From NCBI GenBank assembly GCA_034780895.1, contig JAUZTB010000017.1, forward strand, positions 33,611,435-33,675,434: 64,000 nt of DNA. Direction: 5' to 3'. Position numbers and translations under genes: made by a program. The notes below the pieces were generated by a model. The model did no database searches and was not told the DNA's origin. It worked only from the letters and a program-made list of their open reading frames with translations. Shown piece by piece: positions 53,711 to 64,000 of the stretch. This stretch comes from Rhynchobatus australiae. Lineage: Eukaryota. How positions within the stretch are numbered: the first letter of the stretch is position 1; the number at the start of each line of letters is the position of its first letter.

Positions 53711-54619
53711 AGCAGGCCCTTAAACAGCAGCTGGAAGTACTCCATGGCTGCCTTGAAAGACCTGAACTCACTATGGAACAAACTCATTGCAAGATCTTCT
53801 GCTACCATTACTGGTAACTCTTCAGCCATATTAGTCCTACTCCTTTAAACTTTCTTCTCTCTGTATTCCTTCTTGTTTTTAAAACTCTTGCTGCCTTTTG
53901 GGAAATATTTGTTCACATCTCCTGAATCTCAAAATGGCATGGTATCTAATCCTTCATTTCTTGTTGAAAGGTGTAAATAAAATGAAAGGTATTTTTGATT
54001 TTAATGGTGGTGCATGGATGGAATTTATGGAAGTAGCTATTTAGAAAATAATCCACATTCTATGCTAAAAGTAACACCCATCAGGAAATAAGCTGGAAGA
54101 AATTTTGAATTTCTATGTAATGCAAGATTGACTAAATGCTCAAATATCCATAATCTATTCACAAAGGAAGTAAACAAAACAAAACAGGTTTTTCCGTCAT
54201 GATTTTCTTTACATTTTGATCAAAGCAAAATGAGGAAATATCAGCAATTTTCTTTGCTGGCTACTGAGGAAACAATATCTGACTTGTAAAGTGCAGTTTT
54301 ATGTATGTAGGCCAGAATGATCTCCCAGTCTAGTTTTGACTGGAGAAGAGGGTCAGATAGGATTCTTGTGGATATTACCTTCTCAAGTGAGCTTGGATTT
54401 TTAAATACTTTTTCACCTTTCCCATGTGATCAGATGGGTTTCAATGGGACGTGGAATGCCACAGCTTTGTGGGATAGCCAGGAAACTTTGGAGGGCTGGA
54501 GACTCTTCCTGTCTCCAATTGTTGGCATGGTTGTAGAAATATTAAGAGCAATGCAAATTGCCACTTTCTTTACAGGAACCCAGTTATAACATCCAATTAC
54601 ATGAGGTCTTTTGGCTTAC

Positions 54620-54738
54620 CCTCTCTTCTAAGAGCTCCACCAACTGTTGGATGCATTCATTCACAGATGTGAGGTTTGTTTTCAGCACCAAGTCAGAACT
54701 TTCAGGCTTCTCATACTCTGAATCGATTCCAGTAAACC
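54620..54738 (-). CDS. PAPSS2: PAPSS2 coding exon 5 (119 nt), end of APS kinase domain
   Basis: cacAG|GGTTT...GAGAGG|GTaag. (G)[39 protein letters not shown]; phase matches exons 4 and 6. Confidence 0.96.
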
Positions 54739-55419
54739 CTGTGCAAAGAGACAACGTGAACTGAATAAAACTGTGGAGCTAGTTCCAGGACACAAAAAAT
54801 CATGTGTATCAATGCTTCAGGTTTTCACATGCCTTTTACTGAATTAAATAAAATCAGCTTTTAAAGCTTTAATTAAAGACAGCTTGTCAACTTGTCCAAC
54901 AGCCTGGTACCATAACAATCAGAACAATACCATACCAATTGATGGATCTCTTCTATCTCAGACAAGGTAGTAGGAGCAGCATTACTGTTGATGGGCATGC
55001 AACAGGGGAATAAGACAGGGGGAATGGGAGTGATGGAATAGCTCTGCTGGGAGCTGGTGTAGACTCAAAGGATGCTTAGCCTCCTTCTGTGCCATAATGT
55101 ATTCGAAAGTATCTTTATTTTAATTGACCTCAGGATCACTAGGCTCAGGATATGAAAGTGCCTGGGGTTCTGTTCCTATTTGACACCTTTTATTTCTTTT
55201 CCCAAGGAGGTTTATTTAGTGATTACAGCATCACATCATTATAATACTACAGTATTCCATGATTCACGCCAGTCAATAGTTTCAAATTATAACACAGTCA
55301 TCTTTNNNNNNNNNNNNNNNNNNNNNNNNNNNNNNNNNNNNNNNNNNNNNNNNNNNNNNNNNNNNNNNNNNNNNNNNNNNNNNNNNNNNNNNNNNNNNNN
55401 NNNNNAACACAGTCAGCTT

Positions 55420-55540
55420 TATCCCTAAAGCACTCCAGCCCCTGTGGCACCCACCAGTCCTGAAAGATGCCAATGCACCCACAGACACCTCGGGCTTCCT
55501 CTCCAGGGACACCTAGGTATGGACGTAACCCTGGAAGAGG
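55420..55540 (-). mobile_element. Tx1/L1-like LINE C-terminal fragment
   Basis: FQGYVHT*VSLERKPEVSVGALASFRTGG / WVPQGLEC, resembling the Tx1-type ORF2 end. Confidence 0.55.
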
Positions 55541-56176
55541 GGCAGGCAGTTGGCTTGGGACCTGTTTGACACCTGTGGGTGGGTGTTGACGATGAACATC
55601 ATCAGGTTTGGTTGCAAACCTCCCAGAAGTCCAGCAGTCTACAGGTTCACACGGATGACAACCCCCAGGATCCCAGCAGAGAGAACTGCATGATGCACGT
55701 AATTGAGTTAAGAAGGCAGGAAAATATGACTTCACTTCTGATCGAATAATTTTAAGGAGGAGGGTGTGCAACCTCATTACTGTGCCTTGAGTGGTTCTAT
55801 CTGAGTTAACACCAATAATCCTAGAAATAAGAGACTGTGGAGAACAGAGAACTTTGAGAATATGAAATGGTTTTGCACAGCAGATGTGCAGAACATGCCT
55901 CCAAGTGGGGAATGAAAAACATGGGTTCATAAATCTTCCAATGAAATGTCACCAATTTGATGTGTTACCTTTCTTTTTCTTTCTCTACAGATGCTGTCTG
56001 ACCTGCTCAGTATTTTCAGAATTCTCTAATTTTATTTCAGCAATTCTAGCATCCGCAGTTTTCTTTTTGCTTTACATTCATAAATGATAGTTAGTGACCA
56101 ATAAATCATTCAGGGAATTCAGAAGAAACCTTTTTGTGCATAGAGTGGTTAGAAAATGGACACTCTGTTATGTTGG

Positions 56177-56460
56177 GTGGCACAGTGGCACATCTGGTAC
56201 AGCTGCTACCTCACAGCTCTAGAGACCAAGGTTTAGCCCATTCTCCTGTGATGATGTTGGTTTTCCCCAGATGCTCCAGTTTCCTCCCACATCCCAAAAA
56301 TATGTGGATCGCTCAGTTAATTAGCCACTGTAAATTATCTCTGATGCAGGTGGATGGTAGAATTTGGGGAGGGGCTGGATAGGAATGTGGGGACAATAAT
56401 TGGGGGTGGGGCAGGCAGAATGGGATTGTTCTGTAAACTGGTTTAAACTTGATCAGCCAA
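56177..56460 (+). mobile_element. Older V-SINE-type element
   Basis: gtggcacagtggcacatctggtacagctgctacctcacagctc...tgctccagtttcctcccacatcccaaa. Confidence 0.75.
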
Positions 56461-56962
56461 AAACGGAAAAAATATGTATATTTAGGCATCAATGACTACT
56501 ATTATACAGCCATGGTGAAAAACAGTAATGTGTGCCCCTGGGATATTAAAATATCAATGAAATGTGGGGGAAGGCATTTCAGCCTAAAAATTCCTCAAGA
56601 TTTCCCATTTTCTTGCAGCTGTGAACACAAAATTAATGCAGCTGCAGTTGTCTGCTGTTCCTACGTCTTTTCTGCATTGATACAGCAAGGTCATTCTGTA
56701 GATTAGGAGCGATATATCAATGACGCCGCGAGCCTTGGTTTTTGTTTCCACATTTTTGACTGATAGTCCCATGCAAAATGAAAATGGCCTCGCTGCAGAA
56801 AATTAAGCTGCAAGTTTACTCAGCGGACAAGCACACACACTGATAGCCATCAACGATTCTGAAAGCAGCAATTTGCTGTGCCACAGATCTCATGTTATCA
56901 GGGAAAATTTATCTGGTGGTATTAGCACAAAAATATTTCCTGTTAGAGTGAAGTATTTATAC

Positions 56963-57101
56963 CTTTTATCTCTCCAGCTCTAGCCTTCTTGTAAAGACCT
57001 TTCACATCACGACTTTCACAGATATCTAACGGAGCATCAACAAAGATTTCAAAAAACGGAAGGTTGGAGCTCTCATGGATCTTTCTTGCCTTTTCCCGAT
57101 C
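56963..57101 (-). CDS. PAPSS2: PAPSS2 coding exon 4 (139 nt), APS kinase domain
   Basis: tttcAG|GATCGG...ATAAAAG|GTata. [46 protein letters not shown](G). Not in the ORF track; read directly from the sequence. Confidence 0.96.
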
Positions 57102-57314
57102 CTGAAACATACAAAATTAATACTATTGGTCCGTGATCCAGCTTTCAGAGGCTACTGATGCATTAGTTCCTTGCTAGATATCTCTGCCAGGCTGACATAT
57201 GATTCTGTAAGCAAAGAACTATTGTGTTATAGTCAGCACAGTTCCATTTACTCAGCTGATTAATAAATCAAGTTGTATTAATCATATTCTGATGTTCACA
57301 ATCATATCAATGAA

Positions 57315-57855
57315 TAGAACATAGAACAGTACAGCAGAGTACTGGCCCTTCAGCCCAAGATGTTGTGCCATATAAACCTATGCCACAATCAATCTAACCC
57401 TTCCCTCCTACACAGCCCATAACCCTCTATTTCTCTTATATTTATATGCCTATCTATTTAAATGTCCCTGATGTATCAGACTCTACCACCACCCCCCAGC
57501 TGTGCATTCCAGACACCCACCACTCTCTGTGTAAAAACACCTACCTCTGACATCTCCCCTAAACTTTCCTCCACTCACCTTAAATGGATGTCCTCTGGCA
57601 TTGACCAATGCTGCCCTAGGAAAAGGTGCTGGCTGTCCACTCTTACTATGCCTCTCATAACCTTATACATTTCTATCAAGTTGTCTCTCATCCTGTGTCA
57701 CTCCAAAGAGAAAAGCCATAATTCGCTCGACCTTTCCTCATTAGACATGTTCTCTGATCCATGCAGCCTCCTGGTAAATCTCCTTTGCACCCTCTCTGAA
57801 ACTTCCACATCCTTCCTATAATGAACTGACAAAAACAGGATTGTCTAACCAGAGT
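57315..57855 (-). mobile_element. CR1/HER1-like LINE 3' part
   Basis: Plus strand atagaacatagaacagtacagca...ggcccttcagccca...ggtaaatctcctttgcaccctctc. Confidence 0.88.
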
Positions 57856-58159
57856 TTAAATAGTCTGAAAGGTCCAAATGATCTTTTGATAAAATACACT
57901 ATAGTTAATAAATACAACCATAATCCAACTATTTTCTATAATGGTCAGCTTGTGCTTTTGACATCTCCTCAGCTTTTCAACGTAACAATAATGTGACAGT
58001 TTGTAAGGGTTTTAATAATGAAGTCATACATTTGTTCTGTAATTAAAATAGTCAAACAAACTATCTGAACTGACCACAAGTAACTGGAAACCTATTAACT
58101 ATCAGATTGTTTCTTCCTGCTTTCTAACTCCCCACTGAAGGGAACCCATATTCCTCCAT

Positions 58160-58450
58160 GATATAGAAGGAAGCCATTTGGCCCTTCAAGTTTATGCTGA
58201 CTCTCTGTGCATCCCCATTAATCTCATTCCCTCCACTTATTTTCCCTTTCTTACCTCAATTCTTCCCTGACACTTCTGCCACCCACCTACACCAGGGACA
58301 ATTTACAGTAGTTAATTAACTTTCAAACAAGAACATCTTTGCGATGTGGGAGGAAACCAGAGGATTGGGGGGAAACCTTCTGAGTCATGGGGAGAACCTG
58401 CAGACTCTGCATTGATAGAGCTAGAGGTCAGGATCAAACCCAGGTCCCTT
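58160..58450 (-). mobile_element. Older V-SINE-type element
   Basis: Plus strand gatgtgggaggaaaccagag...ggagaacctgcagactc...aggtcaggatcaaacccaggtc. Confidence 0.75.
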
Positions 58451-59157
58451 GACTTTTTCACTGACCCAGTCATGAAGGGCACTTGGTTAATTACACTGAT
58501 CAAATTTCTTTCGTCATCATTTATTAAATATGGGACTCAAAGTGTAAACTTAATTAAAATGATGATCTTGGGATTATTTATATATTTTTAAGAAGCTTTG
58601 ATCTTTTGTAGTATTGAAATGATTGGAACTTGCTTCTACAAAGAACTAATTGTGAAATATGCTGTAAAATGCTACAGCTGTATGACATAAAAAAAACAGA
58701 ATCTTTCTTCTTCAGTTCACAATATACAATAGCCACATCCAAATCAATCACTTAAAACCGTGGACTCGAGTACAATTGTGCCTCTTTTAAAAAGATGTCT
58801 TGTTCTATTTTCTGCTCTACAATGAAGCCATCTTCTGCGATCAGGATATTGGGATAACCAACTCTTTAGGCCACAGTATCAATAACCTGCTTTTCATTGA
58901 TTCCCCAAAGACTTATTTATGGGGATATCTATTCCCTCTGGAGAACTTACCCTACAATCACAATGACCCTAAAACCCCCGAGACTGAGTTTCATTTCATT
59001 CACGGGTTTATGCTTTTATGTTGAAATGTTATGCTGTTTTAAGGCAATGACAGCCAGCAGCCTTGCTTTAATAACCTTCTGTCCATTTATCTACAGAATG
59101 AAGATTGAAATTAATTTACATAATGGAGCATGTCAATGACAAGCAGCTTAGTATTAC

Positions 59158-59393
59158 CTTAGTAAATGGAGAGATGAAACTAGTGATACAGACAAGACCA
59201 GCATCTGCAAACAGTTTGGCCACCTCAGCGATACGTCGGATATTCTCCTCACGGTCCTCAGAGGTAAAACCCAGGTTTTTGTTTAGTCCTTGCCTAATGT
59301 TATCTCCATCCAGGGAGTAACAAGGAATACCATGGGTTACCAAGTACTCTTCCAGTGCAAACCCAATGGTGGTCTTTCCAGCACCTGACAGAC
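59158..59393 (-). CDS. PAPSS2: PAPSS2 coding exon 3 (236 nt), APS kinase domain with P-loop
   Basis: tattcAG|GTCTG...ACTAAG|GTaat. Translates (G)[42 protein letters not shown]...FISPFTK with Walker A motif GLSGAGKT. Confidence 0.97.
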
Positions 59394-60023
59394 CTGAATA
59401 GAAAATACTGACATTGATTCAGTTGGAATGGGCTTCTTAAAATTCCCAGGCCTTTCAAGAGATGTTAGCAATCAGTAATCTCACATAATACATTTGAGTT
59501 CCAAAGTCTCCTATTGAACTGCCTCAGTTTATTAATCGTTCTGCAGGATAACATTACTGGGAGGAAGAGAGAAATAGAAACAGTGGGAGAAAAAGAAAAA
59601 AGATCAGCAAAGGTACAGATGTGGAGAGAGGAATATTTGTTGTTAAAAGTGGGCATGATGAAGAAAGTAGTTCTACGTATAAATCTACTTGAATGAGAGA
59701 TTACGGAATAAGTTGTTTTTCCATCTCCTACAACACTTCCCTATNNNNNNNNNNNNNNNNNNNNNNNNNNNNNNNNNNNNNNNNNNNNNNNNNNNNNNNN
59801 NNNNNNNNNNNNNNNNNNNNNNNNNNNNNNNNNNNNNNNNNNNNNNNNNNNNNNNNNNNNNNNNNNNNNNNNNNNNNNNNNNNNNNNNNNNNNNNNNNNN
59901 NNNNNNNNNNNNNNNNNNNNNNNNNNNNNNNNNNNNNNNNNNNNNNNNNNNNNNNNNNNNNNNNNNNNNNNNNNNNNNNNNNNNNNNNNNNNNNNNNNNN
60001 NNNNNNNNNNNNNNNNNNNNNNN

Positions 60024-61713
60024 GATGTCTATCTGAGCTAGTCCCATTTGCCTGCATTTGGACCATATCCCTCTAAACTTTTTCCATTCATAGAAAATGA
60101 ATATTTCTGTCCAGTTGTCTTTTAAACATTGTAATTGCATCCACCTCTACAGCTTCCTCTTGCAGCTCATTCCATATACCCACTACCCTGTGTGAAAAAG
60201 TTGTCCCTCAGGTCCCTTTCAAATCTTTTCCCTCTCACAAATCTATGTTCTCTTTAGAGGATTGAGACTCCTCTACCCTAGGACAAAGACTGTTGCCGTC
60301 CACCTTATCTACACCTCATGATTTTATATACCCCTATAAGGTCACCCCTCAGCCTCCTATGCTTCAGGGAAAAATGCCCCAGCCTATCCAGCCTCTCCTT
60401 ATAACTCAATCCCTCCAGTCCCAGTAACATCCTTGTAAATCTTTACTGCACCCTTTCCAGCTTAATGATTTCCTTCCTATAGCTGGGTGGCCAGAACTGC
60501 GCACAATACTCCAAGTGTGGCTTCACCATCAACTTGTACAGTGCAACATGACCTCCCAACTCCTGTACTCAGTGCTCTGAGCGATGAAGGCAAGCATACC
60601 GAATACCTTCTTCACCACCCTTCCTACCTGTGTTGCCACTTTCAGGGAACTATGTCTCTGTACCTAAGGTCTCTTTGTTCTAAACAATCTCCAGGGCCCC
60701 ATTATTTACTGTATATGTCCTGCCAAGGTTTAACTTGCCAAAATGCAACACCTTGCATTTGTTTAAGTTAAAATCCATCTGTCATTCCTTGGTCCACTTC
60801 TCCAATTCATCTAGATCCTGTTCTAATCTTAGATAATTTTCTTTACTGTCAACTACACTACCAATTTTCATGTCATCACGAACTTACTAACATTGTCATC
60901 AAAATCACTAACATAGCACTACAAATGACAGTGGACCCAGCACCGATCCCTGTGGCACACCACTAGTCACACATCTCCAATCTGAATAACAACTGTCCAC
61001 TACCTCCTTTAACCAAGCCAATTTTGTATCCAATTGACTAGCTCACCCTGGATACCATGTGATCTAACCTTCCAGACTAGCCAACCAAGTGGGACATTAT
61101 CAAAGGCCTTGCTAAAGTCCATGTCAACATTGTCTATTGCCCTGCCCTTGTCAATATTCTTCGTCATCTTTTCACATAACTCAATCAAATTTTTGAGACA
61201 CTATTTCCTGAGCACAAAACCATGCTGATGATCCCTCATCGGTCCTTGCCTTTTCAAAGGTTAGTAAGTCCTGTCTCTCAGAACCCCCTCCAGTAACTTT
61301 CCCACAACTGATGTTATGCTCCCTGGTCTGTGGTTCCCTGGCTTATCCTTGCAGCCCTTTTTAAATAAAGGCACAACATTAGCCATCCTCCAGTCTCCCA
61401 GTACCCCACCACGGCCAAAAATGATGCTCTGCCAAGACCCCAGTAATTTCTTCCCTAACTTCCCACAATGTCTTTGGATACACTTGATCAGGTCCTGGGG
61501 GTTTATCCACCTTAATATGCCTTAAGACTTCCAGCACCTCCTCTACTGTAATGTGGATATGTTCGAATACATCACTGTTCATTTCCCATTGTTTCCATAA
61601 CCTTATCCATGATAGATACAGATGAGAAATATTCATTTAACACCTCGCCCATCTCTTGCGGCTCCACACATAGATGACCACATTGATCCTCATGGGGATC
61701 TATTCTTTCCCTA
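60024..61713 (-). mobile_element. CR1-like LINE ORF2 (RT region) remnant
   Basis: VLEVLRHIKVDKPPGPDQVYPKTLWEVREEI; reverse-complement motifs MDFSKAFDNVP and PQGSVLGPL. Confidence 0.9.
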
Positions 61714-61905
61714 GTGGTGGAGGCCAAATCACTAGATATATTTAAGGTGGAGATAGATAAATATTTGAAAGATCAAGAAATTGAGGGCTATGGGGAAGAG
61801 GAGGTGAGGGCAGCAAAGATCAGCCATGATCATATTGAAAGGCAGGGCAGGCTTGAGGGGCCAGGCGGCCTACTCCTGCTATTTTCTTTTGTGCTTATGT
61901 TCTTG
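61714..61905 (+). mobile_element. CR1-like 3' end fragment
   Basis: VEAKSLDIFKVEIDKYLK; tail cctactcctgctattttctt. Confidence 0.8.
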
Positions 61906-62094
61906 TGGGTGAGAACACATGGATTAATGTGGTGGTTAGAAGCACAGTAAACTTCTTTGTCTCTCTCATGTGTTTCTGACTGCAGGGCTGTGGGATGTAC
62001 CCAGCAAACCAGCCTATGCCAACTGGGCCAAAATCACAGAAGGATGGCCTGGCAGTAATGGTCAGTTCTGACACAGACAGAAGGAAAGAACGAG

Positions 62095-62480
62095 TTACCA
62101 AAAGTTGGAAAATTTGACATTGAGTATGGAAGGCTGCAACATGGCCATACTGAAGGTGAGCTGTTCTTCCTTAAGCCTGGGTCTTATTGTAACAGTGCAG
62201 AGGGCCACAGACTGAGAGGTAATATAAGAGCAGCATTTGCTTTTAACTGCTTTTAACTTATTTGGTCTCATCCTAACAGAGATATTCCCTTCATTGCCCC
62301 ACCCCCCCCAACTTTCTATGCTGTCGAAAACTAGCTGTTTTCTCTCCTTCCCACTTTTAATGAAGGGCCTCAGACCTAAACCATTAAATCTGTTTCTCCT
62401 TCCACAGATGCTGCCTAATTTGCTGAGAGATTCCAATATTTTCTGTTTTTATTTCAGATTTCCAGCATCTGCAGTTTACT
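62095..62480. mobile_element. Penelope-like remnant: GIY-YIG C-terminus (minus) joined to an inverted terminal repeat (plus)
   Basis: RLKEEQLTFSMAMLQPSILNVKFSNF (cf. RKLEEQHLIFRLGxLQPxGxNIxFSNF); then cacagatgctgcctaatttgctgag...ttcagatttccagcatctgcagt. Confidence 0.75.
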
Positions 62481-64000
62481 TTTTGATTTGCAGAATCAGT
62501 ACAGTTCTTCCAGACACAACCCTGAAGAAAGAGGACTGCTCCTGCATCTATTTTCTTATGTTCTTGTGTGGTATGGTATTGATTATGGTACTGATTGTCT
62601 GAGCAATGAGATTAGTGGAAGGTCCTTGAATGGGTGTGTAGATGTATGATGTACACATATGAATCTTGCATATGTATGCAGTATAGTTAGAGACTGAATA
62701 ACTTAGATGCACATGTGCTAGCTGGCCTTCATGTTTCTTAATATCATCTGCAATGCTTGGGCTCGAAGTGGCAAACTGGCAACAAGGATAGAAGATCAAT
62801 TAAACAACAAAGCAAAAGAAGATCCTTGCAAAAAATGAAGTGTTTGAGTATGTCAACGAGTCTGTGTGAATGGTTCGTGGGGTGCTTCTGGAAGCTCGCA
62901 ACAATTTCCTTAAATTTAGACCTTGGGCAAGGATTAGTTTCAGTCCATAGGAAGCATGGTGTTGACAGCAGTAAGGGTAATTGGATAAAAGGCTGGAAAG
63001 AAATTGTGACACATTTGATAATAGCCCTTGAGCAGAATCGGCATAATTGAGAAGGAACAATATAATGGCTGCCAGACTCAAATTGGTTACATTGGAAACC
63101 TTGGTGCAAAGCACTAGGTGAGTGACCCTCACAGTTCCTACATATATGCATGCATGCTTTTTCTGGAAGTAACATTGTGGAAATTGATGCTGAGGATCAG
63201 AATGTGCTAGGTCAGAACATGGATTCTGAAATGTACACTTAAATAGCAAATCTTTTAACTTCACGGAAAGCAAAGTATGTTTTGTGTGGAGAAGTAGTAC
63301 AAAAGTTACAGGATCAGTTCAATCCTAAACCATCAGAAATTGTGGAGAGCCACAGATCTGACCATCAGTGAATTGAAGGATGTCTTGGCATTGAGACTTT
63401 GGCACCTTAGACCATGTACTGTGGGCCTTATTTTTGATTTATTCAATGAATGAATGCAATCAATGTGAATTTCCTATCTATTACAAGGTACAAGGTATTT
63501 CCTATCTATTACAGATATGACTACAGCCTAAATTCACTCTGATAGTAAGAACTGGAGTTCTAATGCAGAATCCTAAACTTGTGTTAGGAATGGTGTGAAT
63601 TGCTGTCATAAATGTAACAGATGCTATTTACCACAGGTATGTCAATTAAGACAGCAAAGTGTTTAACTTACCTCAGCAGGCAAATCTACAGCCAAGGTAA
63701 TGTTTTCTAGTAGTGTGATTTCTTCACATAGGTGATGTTTTGACAATGTAACAGACAGCAAGTCTATGCAGTATTGAAGCCAGGATGAACAATGAGAATT
63801 CGGCTTAACCAGTTGCAGTGGTAGAAAGCTGAATCAGTTCAAAGTAAATTTATGGTTAAATGGTCAATACATGCACAGGGACATTGACACAGCAGCAGAT
63901 TACTCAATTGTGGGCAAGGCTACAATTCTTGGTATGGCTAGCTCCGAAAGGTATGGTGAGTTTGAAAACATATCCATGTGGTATTCGTTGACTTTAGGCT

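Noticed and set aside
62744-63273. Overlapping 143-aa and 157-aa minus-strand ORFs
   Set aside because: Non-ATG starts, no recognisable domain, and no match to PAPSS2 exons 1-2.

Overview
Eukaryotic vertebrate genomic DNA, AT-rich and repeat-dense, with many short N-gaps. The repeat set (V-SINE/HE1-type SINEs, CR1/HER1-like, Rex1/Babar, RTE and Penelope-like LINE remnants) points to a cartilaginous fish, probably a batoid (inference). The only supportable gene is PAPSS2 (bifunctional APS kinase/ATP sulfurylase) on the minus strand. I located ten coding exons (orthologous exons 3-12; 236, 139, 119, 114, 112, 206, 136, 269, 230 and 142 nt) between 59393 and 25573, all with AG/GT boundaries and consistent phases, plus a probable ~2.5 kb 3' UTR ending near 23080. 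Exons 1-2 were not found. Positions 1-23000 are intergenic, containing transposon fossils (including a decayed PIF/Harbinger transposase) and a few repeat-free, motif-rich islands. Nearly all listed short ORFs are spurious or TE-derived. I found no demonstrably novel system. The best leads are: V-SINEs sharing one head but carrying two different LINE tails; Penelope-derived hammerhead-like motifs, including a fold-back; a MITE family with a variable internal tandem array; an 18-bp minisatellite of nuclear-receptor half-sites; and inverted SINEs bracketing an in-frame 405-nt exon pair. Exon coordinates are base-checked; repeat boundaries and family names are approximate, by-eye calls.
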